DNA from: Candidatus Sericytochromatia bacterium
GTDB lineage: Bacteria > Cyanobacteriota > Sericytochromatia > S15B-MN24 > UBA4093
Length of the DNA: 64,000 nucleotides
Reading direction: 5' to 3'
Assembly: GCA_036676985.1 (NCBI GenBank)
Contig: JAKFBU010000039.1
Location: 148,845-212,844 of the forward strand
A program made the translations under genes and the position numbers. Below are positions 25,701 to 34,683 of the stretch, one piece after another. The notes under the pieces were generated by a model, which had not been told where the DNA came from, did no database searches, and saw nothing but the letters and a program-made list of their open reading frames with translations. Position 1 is the first letter of the stretch; every line of letters starts with the position of its first letter.

Positions 25701-26903
25701 CTACTTTGAGGCAACAAGTCGAGGGGTCACGAGAATCGTCAACTCGGTTTCGTTTCGCTGGAACTTGGTGGACTTGAACAGCTCCCCGAGGATGGGGATC
25801 TGGCCCAGAAGGGGCACGGATTCGACGGACTTGGTCTCGTTGCTCTGGATCAGGCCGCCGATGGCGAGGCCCTGACCCTGGTTGAGCACGAGCTGGGTCT
25901 CGGCGCGCCGGGTGGAGACGGCGGGCACGATGAAGTTGGCGATGCGGACGGCGTTGCTGTAGTCGAGCTGGCTCACCTCGGGGGCGACCTTCATGGAGAT
26001 GCGGCCGTCCTCGAGCACGGTCGGCTCGATGAGGAGCTTGATGCCGTAGGGCTTCCAGTCGAACGTGACCTGGTTCTGCTGCTGGGCGATGGGCAGCGGG
26101 ATCTCGCCGCCCGCGAGGAACTCGGCCTTGCCGCCGCTCACCGCGACCAGGTTCGGCTTGGCGAGCACGCGGGCCTGGCCGTTCTGGACCATCAGGTTGA
26201 GGCGGGCCGCGATGCGCTCGTACATGCCGAAGGCCGTGCCGCCGCCGCTGACCAGGGCCGATCCCGGCTGGTTGTTGCGCGGGTTGCGGGGATCGGACTG
26301 GATGGTCGACAGGTGGTCGGCCTCGAAGAAGTCCTCGCCGTTGGCGGTCCGGAGCATCTGGCCCCACTTGATGCCGAGCTCCGAGGCACCGCCCTTGTTC
26401 ATCTCGATGACCTCGACGTCCACCTGGACCTGCTGCACGGCGTCGGCCGCGAGCAGGTTGATGACGCGGGTCGCAAAGCCGCCCGCGAGCTTCTCGGCCA
26501 TCTGGGACTGGCTCGTGCGGTCGACCTTGCCGTAGAGGAGGACGGAGTCGTTGACGACCTCGACCTGCAGATCCTTGGCGCCGGTGGCACGCTGGATGGT
26601 GGCCTTGAGCAGGCCCGCGTCGACCCGGACGACCACGTCGTAGGTGATGCGCTTCTGCTTGGTCCAGACGATCAGGTTGGTCGTGCCGGGCTTCTTGCCG
26701 TTGATGAGCACGTCCTTCTTCGAGAGGACGGCGACGTCGGCGATGGTGGGGTCCGTGATGGACACCTTGGTCACGTCCGAGCCGACCGTGACGACCTGCG
26801 ACTTGCCGACGGAAACCGGCAGTTGCTCGTCCGATAGGGCCCATGCGGGCAGGCTCGTCGAGAGCAGGACGGTGGCGGCGACCAGGAGGTGAAGGCACTT
26901 CAT
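25701..26903 (-). CDS. cpaC: CpaC/RcpA secretin
   Basis: DPTIADV, GKKPGTTNLIVW, BON-like segment, LAKPNL..SG..AEFLAGGEIP, IPILGELFKS, ETELTILVTP. Confidence 0.92.
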   Translation of the reverse strand: MKCLHLLVAATVLLSTSLPAWALSDEQLPVSVGKSQVVTVGSDVTKVSITDPTIADVAVLSKKDVLINGKKPGTTNLIVWTKQKRITYDVVVRVDAGLLKATIQRATGAKDLQVEVVNDSVLLYGKVDRTSQSQMAEKLAGGFATRVINLLAADAVQQVQVDVEVIEMNKGGASELGIKWGQMLRTANGEDFFEADHLSTIQSDPRNPRNNQPGSALVSGGGTAFGMYERIAARLNLMVQNGQARVLAKPNLVAVSGGKAEFLAGGEIPLPIAQQQNQVTFDWKPYGIKLLIEPTVLEDGRISMKVAPEVSQLDYSNAVRIANFIVPAVSTRRAETQLVLNQGQGLAIGGLIQSNETKSVESVPLLGQIPILGELFKSTKFQRNETELTILVTPRLVASK

Positions 26904-26978
26904 CGCGGGACAACTCACTTCTGTTGATCCGCACCCCTAGAGGGCGCGCGGGGGGACTTAGCGCAAAAGCCGCAGGCG

Positions 26979-27827
26979 CTAGCGGGTGACCATCTCGGTC
27001 GAGGTGCCGCGGATGATCATGATCTCCGGCTTGTTGTCCACCGTGCGGACGGGGACCATCACCTTGACGACACGGGTCTTCTCGACGATGCGGGGCTTGG
27101 CGGCAGCCTTGGGGGCGACCGGGACGGGCTTCTTGATGCCCATGACCGACTGGGGCGTGGCCCCTGCGGTCTTGGCATCGCCCGTCTCGGCCTGGTCCCG
27201 CATGGCGAGGCGGATCTTGCCGCGGTCGGCAGCAAGGATCAGCTTCTCGGCGTCGGCGGGCGAGACGGCGAGGGTGGCCGAGGAGACGACCTTGGCCTCG
27301 GAATCGTCCTTGCGCTGGGCCTCCTGGGCGCAGGCCAGGACCTTGACCTTCTGCAGCAAGAACTTGGTGACGGTCTCGCTGTCGATGTCCATGGTGCTGA
27401 CGACGTCCACCATCATGCCGGGCTGGACGAAGCCGGCCACGCCCACCACCTCGTCGACGGCGACCGTGATGGCGCGCATGCCGGGTGGCACTGGCAGGAC
27501 GGCCTGAGCCTCCTCACCCTGGGCGAAGAGCTGTTTCTCGAGGACGGGCTCGCCGGGGGCGATCTCGATCTTGGTCATGCGACCGACGGCGAGCTCGGGG
27601 TTGGAGAGCGCGCCCTCGGGAGTGTAGCGGGTGGGGCGGTTCTCCACGCTGACTTGCTCGGCGAGGATCTTGGTGTTGAGGGGGATGGCCGCCTTGGCGA
27701 CGAGCACCGGCCCGCGGGGCTCTCCGGCATCCGCGCGCTGGTTGGCGCCGTTGACGTAGGCGAACATGGCCCCGCTGGCGAGCAGGCCGAGGCCGGCCGC
27801 GACGAGGAACCGTTGGACTTTCTTCAT
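26979..27827 (-). CDS. cpaB: Flp pilus assembly protein CpaB/RcpC (SAF domain)
   Basis: VLVAKAAIP, PPGMRAITV, GVAGFVQPGMMVDV, LLQKVKVLA. Confidence 0.92.
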   Translation of the reverse strand: MKKVQRFLVAAGLGLLASGAMFAYVNGANQRADAGEPRGPVLVAKAAIPLNTKILAEQVSVENRPTRYTPEGALSNPELAVGRMTKIEIAPGEPVLEKQLFAQGEEAQAVLPVPPGMRAITVAVDEVVGVAGFVQPGMMVDVVSTMDIDSETVTKFLLQKVKVLACAQEAQRKDDSEAKVVSSATLAVSPADAEKLILAADRGKIRLAMRDQAETGDAKTAGATPQSVMGIKKPVPVAPKAAAKPRIVEKTRVVKVMVPVRTVDNKPEIMIIRGTSTEMVTR

Positions 27828-28210
27828 TACTGCTGCTCCACGCGCATGACCGCGGACGACTTGAGATAGAGGGGGTTGGGGACGCCCGGAAGGGCGAACA
27901 CGGTCTGGAAGGGATACGAGAGGCGTACCGTGACCTCGGCCTCCGTGCCGGTCGTCCGCTCGATGGTGACCTGAGCGGTGGGCTCGGTCAGGGCGGCGCC
28001 CGAGAGGTACTTGGTGACGGCTTCCTTGATCTTGGTGTCGGACCGCCCGAGGGCGCCTAGGCGGGCGCCCTCGCGGCTGGCGTTCGTGATGACGAGCTGG
28101 GCGTTGAAGATGCGGCCGAAACCGAAGATGCCGAGCACCATCGCCAGGATCACGGGCAGGACCAGAGCGGTCTCGACTAGCGCCTGCCCTTTTTGGTTAC
28201 GGCTCCGCAT
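27827..28210 (-). CDS. tadE: TadE-like minor pilin
   Basis: KGQALVETALVLP, NASREGARLG. Confidence 0.88.
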   Translation of the reverse strand: MRSRNQKGQALVETALVLPVILAMVLGIFGFGRIFNAQLVITNASREGARLGALGRSDTKIKEAVTKYLSGAALTEPTAQVTIERTTGTEAEVTVRLSYPFQTVFALPGVPNPLYLKSSAVMRVEQQ

Positions 28211-28220
28211 CGCCCAACTC

Positions 28221-28394
28221 CTACTTGCCGCTGCTGCTCAGGGTGTTGGCGATCGCGGACAGCATCTGGTTGACGTTGGTGCCCATCATGGTGAGGGCGC
28301 CGACGGTCACGACGGCGATCAGGCCGAGGATGAGGCCGTACTCGGTGAGAGCCTGGCCTTCCTCTTCCTTGATAACGCGCATCATAAGGTTCAT
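28221..28394 (-). CDS. flp: Flp type IVb pilin (57 aa), copy 3
   Basis: MNLMMRVIKEEEGQALTEYGLILGLIAVV... (G|xxxxEY Flp motif); not in ORF track. Confidence 0.92.
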   Translation of the reverse strand: MNLMMRVIKEEEGQALTEYGLILGLIAVVTVGALTMMGTNVNQMLSAIANTLSSSGK

Positions 28395-28440
28395 GTGGGT
28401 CTCCTTTTCTAGCTGGGTTAGCGATCGCCGCTCGAGCGGC

Positions 28441-28614
28441 TTACTTGGCGGTGCTGCTCAGGGTGTTGGCGATGGCCGAGAGCATCTTGTTGACGTTGGT
28501 GCCCATCATCGTGAGGGCGCCGACGGTCACGACGGCGATCAGGCCGAGGATGAGACCGTACTCCGTGAGGGCCTGGCCTTCCTCTTCCTTGATAACGCGC
28601 ATCATCAGGTTCAT
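28441..28614 (-). CDS. flp: Flp type IVb pilin (57 aa), copy 2
   Basis: Same GQALTEYGLI motif; AAGGAG RBS; not in ORF track. Confidence 0.92.
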   Translation of the reverse strand: MNLMMRVIKEEEGQALTEYGLILGLIAVVTVGALTMMGTNVNKMLSAIANTLSSTAK

Positions 28615-28658
28615 AGGGAATCTCCTTCTCTCTGAATGGGGGGTCGCTGTTCGGGCGA

Positions 28659-28832
28659 CTACTTGGCGGTGCTGCTCAGGGTGTTGGCGATGGCGGACAG
28701 CATCTTGTTGACGTTGGTGCCCATCATCGTGAGGGCGCCGACGGTCACGACGGCGATCAGGCCGAGGATCAGACCGTACTCGGTGAGGGCCTGACCCTCT
28801 TCTTCCTTAACAAGGCGCATCATCAGGTTCAT
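28659..28832 (-). CDS. flp: Flp type IVb pilin (57 aa), copy 1
   Basis: MNLMMRLVKEEEGQALTEYGLI; AAGGAG RBS. Confidence 0.92.
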   Translation of the reverse strand: MNLMMRLVKEEEGQALTEYGLILGLIAVVTVGALTMMGTNVNKMLSAIANTLSSTAK

Positions 28833-29259
28833 CGGGGTTCTCCTTCCCGCTAACTCAGCGGCGGTGGGCATCGGGGCTCGCTTGACCCCCTTCAACGATG
28901 TGATGATACGATTTCCGCCCTTACGCGCCCTTGAAACGTCGATTAAGTGCGCATTAATTAACCCTCGCCTGACGAAGGCAGCGCCGAAACGCCTGTGACC
29001 CGCATCACAACTTGCTTTTCAGGATCGCCCCCCGGCCGAGCAAAATCGGGACCTTGGCGGGGTCGCGCGAAATGTTATGTTTCCGTGACCGAACGCTCCG
29101 TCGCATGTTTCGTGGAACGTGGGGGCTAGCCTCAGATCAGCGCAACGCCCCCCTAGCAGGGGGGGATGGGGGGCTAGATCCGCCTGCGCTCCGGCCATCA
29201 AAACACCGACGACCGGCTCATCAGAGCCGGTCGTCGAGGGTGGATAAGGGTATCGAAGC

Positions 29260-30195
29260 TTACGCGAGCGCCGAAAGCCGCGCGTACGCGCTCACGAGCT
29301 GGTCATTGAAGCTGCCCACGGGCGTCTCCTTCTCGGCCTTGCCGAGCGTCTTGCGCAGCAGCGAGGACACCTGGCGCGACGAGTAGCCCAGAAGTTGGAA
29401 CTGGGTCGCGACCTTGCCCGCGAGGGCGGGGATGGTGTCGGGGTCGTGGCCCTCGAGGATGCGGATCAGGTCGCCCTGCTGCTCCGTCAGGTCCCGGACG
29501 ATGTGGATGAGCACGTCGCTCGAAGGGGTCCCGGTGGCGCTGGACTGCAGGATCTGGTCGTAGAACTTGATCTTGGGCGCGAGGGTGGCCATCGCCTCTT
29601 CCAGCTTCGGGTAGTGGATGACCTCGCGGGGGGCGCGGATGTCCTTCTTCACGTCGTCGATGTGGAAGCAGCCGATGTCCATGGTCCCGATGAAGTGCCA
29701 CTCGTAGCCGTACAGCTCGTGCTGCTTGAGGAAGGCCTTCACGTCCATGTCGCTCAGCCACAGGAGCCGCTCGATGCGGCCGCGCAGCTGCTTCACGTTG
29801 CTGGTGTAGGCGGCGGGATGGGTGTGGAACGCGCCGATTTCCGGCACCTGGAGCGTGTTGGGCTTGCAGCGGTAGCGGACGCCGACGACCTTGCGGGACT
29901 TGGAGTGGAACACCCCGGTCGTGAGGTTCTGATACTCCTGCATGATGCCGTTGTGGCCGCCGAAGACGCCACCGCGCTCGTCGAACACGAAGATGCGGCG
30001 CTTATGAGCCAAGAGCCGGTTATCCTTCACGGTCAACGTGTTGAGCATGTTGATGCCGAAGTCGTGAACGAATTGTTCATGTACGGCGGGCTCGATCAGC
30101 ACCCTTGCATCCCCCTCTAATCGTGTCAGGACAAGGCTTCTATACCAAATCACGGCCCGTCTAATCGCAACTTTTGTAAAGGTTTGGTCGGCCAT
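29260..30195 (-). CDS. Hypothetical protein with JAB/MPN+ (JAMM)-like metalloprotease motif
   Basis: ERGGVFGG...IGAFHTHP...LSDMD fits E-(x)n-HxH-(x)n-SxxD with an elongated spacer. Confidence 0.55.
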   Translation of the reverse strand: MADQTFTKVAIRRAVIWYRSLVLTRLEGDARVLIEPAVHEQFVHDFGINMLNTLTVKDNRLLAHKRRIFVFDERGGVFGGHNGIMQEYQNLTTGVFHSKSRKVVGVRYRCKPNTLQVPEIGAFHTHPAAYTSNVKQLRGRIERLLWLSDMDVKAFLKQHELYGYEWHFIGTMDIGCFHIDDVKKDIRAPREVIHYPKLEEAMATLAPKIKFYDQILQSSATGTPSSDVLIHIVRDLTEQQGDLIRILEGHDPDTIPALAGKVATQFQLLGYSSRQVSSLLRKTLGKAEKETPVGSFNDQLVSAYARLSALA

Positions 30196-30326
30196 TTTTT
30201 TGTGATCGATACCCTAGCTTGGAGACGGCGTGCTATTGTAAACATGGATCAAAGAAGACATCGATCAGCCAACACCAACTGCATGTTGGCAATATGCCAC
30301 CCTGCCGATCAAGGAGCCCGTGATCA

Positions 30327-31157
30327 ATGGCCAGAATCAGTCGCGTCGCAGCCCCCGCCAAAGCCGCCCCCTTCCTGAAGTGGGCCGGCGGTAAGGGGCG
30401 CCTGCTCGGCCAGTATCAGGCCCTCTTTCCGAAGCGTTTCAACCGCTACTACGAGCCGTTCGTCGGGGCGGGCGCCGTGTTCTTCCACCTGGCTCCGACC
30501 CATGCGGTGCTTTCCGACACGAACCCGGACCTGGTGGCGTGCTACCAGGTCCTCAAGAACGACGTGGACGCCCTGGTCGAGCTCTTGCGGATGTACCGGC
30601 ACGACAAGGACTTCTACTATCACGTGCGCGAGCTGGACGCGGCGACGCTCAGCCCCGTGCAGCGCGCGGCGCGCATGATCTTCCTCAACAAGACGTGCTT
30701 CAACGGGTTGTGGCGGGTGAACCGGCGCGGACAGTTCAACGTGCCGTTCGGCGACTACAAGAACCCGAAGATCCTCGACGAGGAGAACCTGCGGGCGGTG
30801 TCGGCGGCGTTGCGGCACGTGGAGGTGGAGCACAAGACGTTCGAGCACGTGCTCGAGGTGGCTCGCAAGGGGGACTTCATCTACATGGATCCTCCGTACC
30901 ATCCCGTGAGCGCGACCTCGAGCTTCACGAGCTACAGCGCGGACGACTTCAAGCCCGAGGATCAGCGTCGTCTGGCGGACACCTTCCGCGAGCTGTCGAA
31001 CCGGGGCTGCAAGGTCATGCTCTCCAACTCGGACGTGCCCTTCATTCGCGAGTTGTACGCGGACTTCCGGATCGAGCAGGTCTGGGCGGCGCGGGCCATC
31101 AACCGGGACGCGTCGAAGCGCGGGGCCGTCAGCGAGGTCGTGGTCCTCAACTACTAG
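30327..31157 (+). CDS. dam: Dam-family (D12) N6-adenine DNA methyltransferase, orphan
   Basis: FLKWAGGK, YYEPFVGAGAVF, FNGLWRVN..G.FNVPFG, DPPY. Confidence 0.92.
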   Translation: MARISRVAAPAKAAPFLKWAGGKGRLLGQYQALFPKRFNRYYEPFVGAGAVFFHLAPTHAVLSDTNPDLVACYQVLKNDVDALVELLRMYRHDKDFYYHVRELDAATLSPVQRAARMIFLNKTCFNGLWRVNRRGQFNVPFGDYKNPKILDEENLRAVSAALRHVEVEHKTFEHVLEVARKGDFIYMDPPYHPVSATSSFTSYSADDFKPEDQRRLADTFRELSNRGCKVMLSNSDVPFIRELYADFRIEQVWAARAINRDASKRGAVSEVVVLNY

Positions 31158-31221
31158 GCGCGAAAAGGCCTGGTAGGGTTGGGCTTGGGCAGGGTATGAT
31201 GGCCTCCAGGAGGCCGTCGCC

Positions 31222-31317
31222 ATGCGCAAGCTCATCTACTGGACCACGCTCTTGATGTTGACGCTGAGCGCAGCGGGTTGCCGCGGCGACCTCGGCAACC
31301 TCTTCGACATCTACTAG
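31222..31317 (+). CDS. Very small lipoprotein (31 aa)
   Basis: GGAGG RBS; MRKLIYWTTLLMLTLSAAG|CRGDLGNLFDIY; upstream TATGAT; downstream terminator; below ORF-track cutoff. Confidence 0.65.
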   Translation: MRKLIYWTTLLMLTLSAAGCRGDLGNLFDIY

Positions 31318-31332
31318 AGCGCCCCCAGCTCA

Positions 31333-31360
31333 CGCCCCCCACCGGGGGGCGTTTTATTTT
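31333..31360 (+). terminator. Intrinsic terminator
   Basis: ACGCCCCCC-acc-GGGGGGCGT followed by TTTATTTT. Confidence 0.7.
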
Positions 31361-31398
31361 GGCCCCGTTGAACGCCCGCAACCCGCTAGAAGAGCACT

Positions 31399-31480
31399 TC
31401 CCCCCCTCTAGAGGGGGGGCTAGGGGGGGGTCCTCCTTATAAAAGCCCCCCTTGCGAAGCAGGGGGGGATGGGGGGGTGG
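31399..31480. repeat. C-run/G-run palindromic dispersed repeat
   Basis: CCCCCCTCTAGAGGGGGGG and CCCCCCTTGCGAAGCAGGGGGGG; related element at 29147-29175. Confidence 0.5.
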
Positions 31481-31534
31481 TAACTCGGTATCCATCAGTC
31501 ACGGCAGAATCCCCCACCGTGCTAAAATGACCCC

Positions 31535-33445
31535 ATGGACGTATTTTCCCAAGAGCCCATCCTCTCGCTGCGCGGCGTCACCCATCGCCACAGCGGCCGC
31601 GACATCCTCAAGGACGTGAGCCTGACAGTCCACCGGGGCAACCGGATGGGCGTCCTCGGCGTCAACGGCGCCGGCAAATCCACCCTGCTGCGCATCCTCG
31701 CGGGCGTCGAGCCCCCGGACGAGGGCGAGGTCGCCAAGGAGCGCGACCTGCGCATCGGCTATCTGCCGCAAGAGCTGGAGCTCGACCCCGACAAGACGGT
31801 CCGCGAGAGCGTCGAGGACGGCCTCGCCGAGACCCGCGCGCTCCTGAGCCGCTACCAGGAGCTGGCCGATCGCCTCGCCTCCGATCCCGCCGCCATGGCC
31901 GAGCACGAGCGCCTGCAGGCCGAGATCGACCACCGCGACGCCTGGAACCTCGACCAAGAGGTGACCCGGATCATGCAGCACCTGCGCGTGCCCGACGCCG
32001 ACCGCCTGGTCCGTGGCCTGTCCGGCGGCGAACTGCGGCGCGTCACGCTGTGCCGGACGCTCGTGTCCCACCCGGACCTGCTCATCCTGGACGAGCCCAC
32101 CAACCACCTGGACTCCGAGAGCATCGAGTGGCTCGAGAACTACCTCGCCGACTACCACGGATCCGTCGTCTTCATCACGCACGATCGCTACTTCCTCGAC
32201 CGGGTCGCCGACCGCATGATCGAGGTCGAGTTCGGCCGCCTGTCCGAGTACGTCGGCAACTACTCCGACTACCTGCAGCTTAAGGCCGAGCGCATCGCCT
32301 CCGAGGCCCGCTCCGAGGAGATCCGCCAGGCCACGATCCGCCGCGAGCTGGTGTGGGTCCGCAAGCAGCCCAAGGCCCGCTCGACCAAGCAGCAGGCGCG
32401 CGTCGACCGCTACAATGACCTCGTGGACCAGGGTCCCCCGGCCGAGCGCGGCGAGGTCGAGCTCGTCATCCCGCCGGGCCCCCGGCTCGGCACCAAGGTC
32501 CTCAACCTCAAGGGCGTCACCAAGCGCTTCGGCGATCGCACCCTCATCAACGGGCTCGACCTGGAGCTGCAGGCGGGCGATCGCATCGGCGTCATCGGCC
32601 CCAACGGCATGGGCAAGACCACCCTCATGCGCCTCATCCTGGGCCAGGACGCCCCGGACGCGGGCGAGATCGAGGTCGGCCTCAACACCCGCTTCCTCTA
32701 CGCGGACCAGGGCCGCAACCTCTTGGATCCCGAGAAGACGGTGGTCGAGGAGGTCGCGGGCGACTCCCAGTGGGTGCAGATCGGCGACCAGCAGATCACG
32801 GTGCGCGGGTACCTCAAGCGCTTCCTCTTCACCGACGAGCAGGCCAACACGCCCATCAAGCGCCTATCGGGCGGTGAGCAGAATCGCGTCCAGCTCGCCA
32901 AGCTGCTGCGCGCGGGCGGCAACTTCCTCATCTTCGACGAGCCGACCAACGACCTGGACCTGCCCACCCTGCGCGTCCTCGAAGAGGCGCTGGTGGACTT
33001 CCCGGGCTGCGCGCTCATCGTCAGCCACGATCGCTACTTCCTCAACCGGGTGGCGACGGGCATCCTCTCCTTCGAGGGGAACGGCCGCGTCGTCTACCAG
33101 GTGGGTTCCTACGACTACTACATGGAGCGGCGTGCCGTGCCGGTGGTGGCCGAGCGGTCCGCGAAGGCCGACCCCGCCCCCGTCGAGAAGCCCGCGAAGA
33201 GCGGCGTCCGCAAGCTCTCCTACAAGGAGGGCAAGGAGCTCGAGACCATCGAGGAGCGGATCATGGAGGCCGAAGAAGCGGTCGCGCGCCTCGAGGCCGC
33301 CATGCAGGACCCGGCCCTCTACTCGGAGCGCGGCTCCGAGGTCCAGGGGCTGCTCGATCAGCTGGAAGAGGCCAAGCGCCAGGCCGCGACCCTCTACGAG
33401 CGCTGGCAGGAGCTGGAAGCCATCCGGGACGGCGTCCTCGCCTAG
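31535..33445 (+). CDS. ABC-F family ATPase (Uup-like)
   Basis: Two NBDs (GVNGAGKST/LSGGE/DEPTNHLD; GPNGMGKTT/LSGGE/DEPTNDLD), no TM, C-terminal KLSYKE coiled-coil. Confidence 0.92.
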   Translation: MDVFSQEPILSLRGVTHRHSGRDILKDVSLTVHRGNRMGVLGVNGAGKSTLLRILAGVEPPDEGEVAKERDLRIGYLPQELELDPDKTVRESVEDGLAETRALLSRYQELADRLASDPAAMAEHERLQAEIDHRDAWNLDQEVTRIMQHLRVPDADRLVRGLSGGELRRVTLCRTLVSHPDLLILDEPTNHLDSESIEWLENYLADYHGSVVFITHDRYFLDRVADRMIEVEFGRLSEYVGNYSDYLQLKAERIASEARSEEIRQATIRRELVWVRKQPKARSTKQQARVDRYNDLVDQGPPAERGEVELVIPPGPRLGTKVLNLKGVTKRFGDRTLINGLDLELQAGDRIGVIGPNGMGKTTLMRLILGQDAPDAGEIEVGLNTRFLYADQGRNLLDPEKTVVEEVAGDSQWVQIGDQQITVRGYLKRFLFTDEQANTPIKRLSGGEQNRVQLAKLLRAGGNFLIFDEPTNDLDLPTLRVLEEALVDFPGCALIVSHDRYFLNRVATGILSFEGNGRVVYQVGSYDYYMERRAVPVVAERSAKADPAPVEKPAKSGVRKLSYKEGKELETIEERIMEAEEAVARLEAAMQDPALYSERGSEVQGLLDQLEEAKRQAATLYERWQELEAIRDGVLA

Positions 33446-33651
33446 ACGTATCGCTCCACGGCGTACGCCCCGCCCGCACGGAGGGCTCCGCCCTCGCCCA
33501 CGCGGTTTCCGAACTCGTCCAGGATGAAGGCGAGGCCGTTGGCGATCGCCACCTGGTCCTCGGGCCCGAGCCGCCCGATGAGGTCCCGGACGGTCGCCCC
33601 CGGAAAGAACCGGAGCGGCTCCCCGTCCAGCGTGACCTCGAAGGCGTCCAT
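33442..33651 (-). CDS. Small hypothetical protein, ThiS/MoaD-like beta-grasp N-terminus
   Basis: MDAFEVTLDGEPLRFFPGATVRDLI...; start overlaps uppP stop (TGATG). Confidence 0.55.
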   Translation of the reverse strand: MDAFEVTLDGEPLRFFPGATVRDLIGRLGPEDQVAIANGLAFILDEFGNRVGEGGALRAGGAYAVERYV

Positions 33652-34553
33652 CAGCCCAGGTGCGCGTTCGCGGGCAGGCGGCCTGTGGCGAGCAGGAGCA
33701 GGATCAGGACGCCCAGTACCCAACGGTACCAGATGAAGATCCACATGGACCGCTGCTTCAGGAAGGCCATGAGGAAGCGGATCGTGAGGTAGCCGACCAC
33801 CGTCGAGACCACGATGCCCACCAGGAACGGCACCGTGTTGGGGCTGCGGCCCATGTGGTCGAAGAACGCCCCCATCAGGCCCATGTCCTGGACCCGGGCG
33901 GCGTTGTGCAGGGCGAAGTCCTCGAAGTAGTCCTTGCCCTTGAAGAGGCAGCTCGCGAAGATGATGGGCGTGCCCAGGAGGAACGAGAACCGCGCCGCGG
34001 CCTCACGCGAGAAGCCGAGGAGCATGGCCGACGTCATGGTCGCGCCGGAGCGCGAGGTGCCCGGGATGAGGGCGCAGGCCTGACCCACGCCGATCATGAC
34101 GGCATCGAACCAGGTGAGCTGCTTGAGGTCGCGGGTGTGCTTCGCGATCTTCTCGGCCAGCGCGAGCACGAGGCCCACGCCGATGAGCATGGCGGCGATG
34201 ACGTAGGGCGATCGCAGCGTCGTCTCGATCTGCTTCTCGAAGAGGAGGCCCGCGACGCCCGCCGGGACCGAGCCCACGATGACGAGCCACGCTAGGCGCT
34301 GCATGGGATCGCCCTTGAGGTCCGGCTTGCGGAGGCTCTGGAACCACGCCACGATCATCTCGCGGATGTCCTTCCAGAAGTACCAGACCACCGCCAGGAA
34401 CGTCCCGCCCTGCAGCGCCACGTCGTAGGTGAGTCCGGGATCCTTCCAGGTCATGAACCACGGCACGAGGATGAGGTGCGCCGTGCTGCTGATGGGCAGG
34501 AATTCGGTGATCCCTTGAACCACTCCTAAAACGGTGGCTTGAAACAGGTTCAA
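33651..34553 (-). CDS. uppP: Undecaprenyl-diphosphate phosphatase
   Basis: QGITEFLPISSTAH, PGTSRSGAT, AARFSFLL. Confidence 0.95.
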   Translation of the reverse strand: MNLFQATVLGVVQGITEFLPISSTAHLILVPWFMTWKDPGLTYDVALQGGTFLAVVWYFWKDIREMIVAWFQSLRKPDLKGDPMQRLAWLVIVGSVPAGVAGLLFEKQIETTLRSPYVIAAMLIGVGLVLALAEKIAKHTRDLKQLTWFDAVMIGVGQACALIPGTSRSGATMTSAMLLGFSREAAARFSFLLGTPIIFASCLFKGKDYFEDFALHNAARVQDMGLMGAFFDHMGRSPNTVPFLVGIVVSTVVGYLTIRFLMAFLKQRSMWIFIWYRWVLGVLILLLLATGRLPANAHLG

Positions 34554-34683
34554 GTCGAGCGTTCCTTTCTACAGGGCAGACAAACGCTCCGGATCATACC
34601 ACAAAGGCAGGCCTGGAAAGGCCGTATCCACGCGAAAAGGCGCCCGTCCAGAATGCACTGGACGGGCGCCCGGAAGGTGGCGA

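Noticed and set aside
28225-28711. Plus-strand repetitive ORFs over the pilin region
   Set aside because: Antisense to the three flp genes
30327-31157. Type II restriction-modification system
   Set aside because: No recognisable endonuclease adjacent
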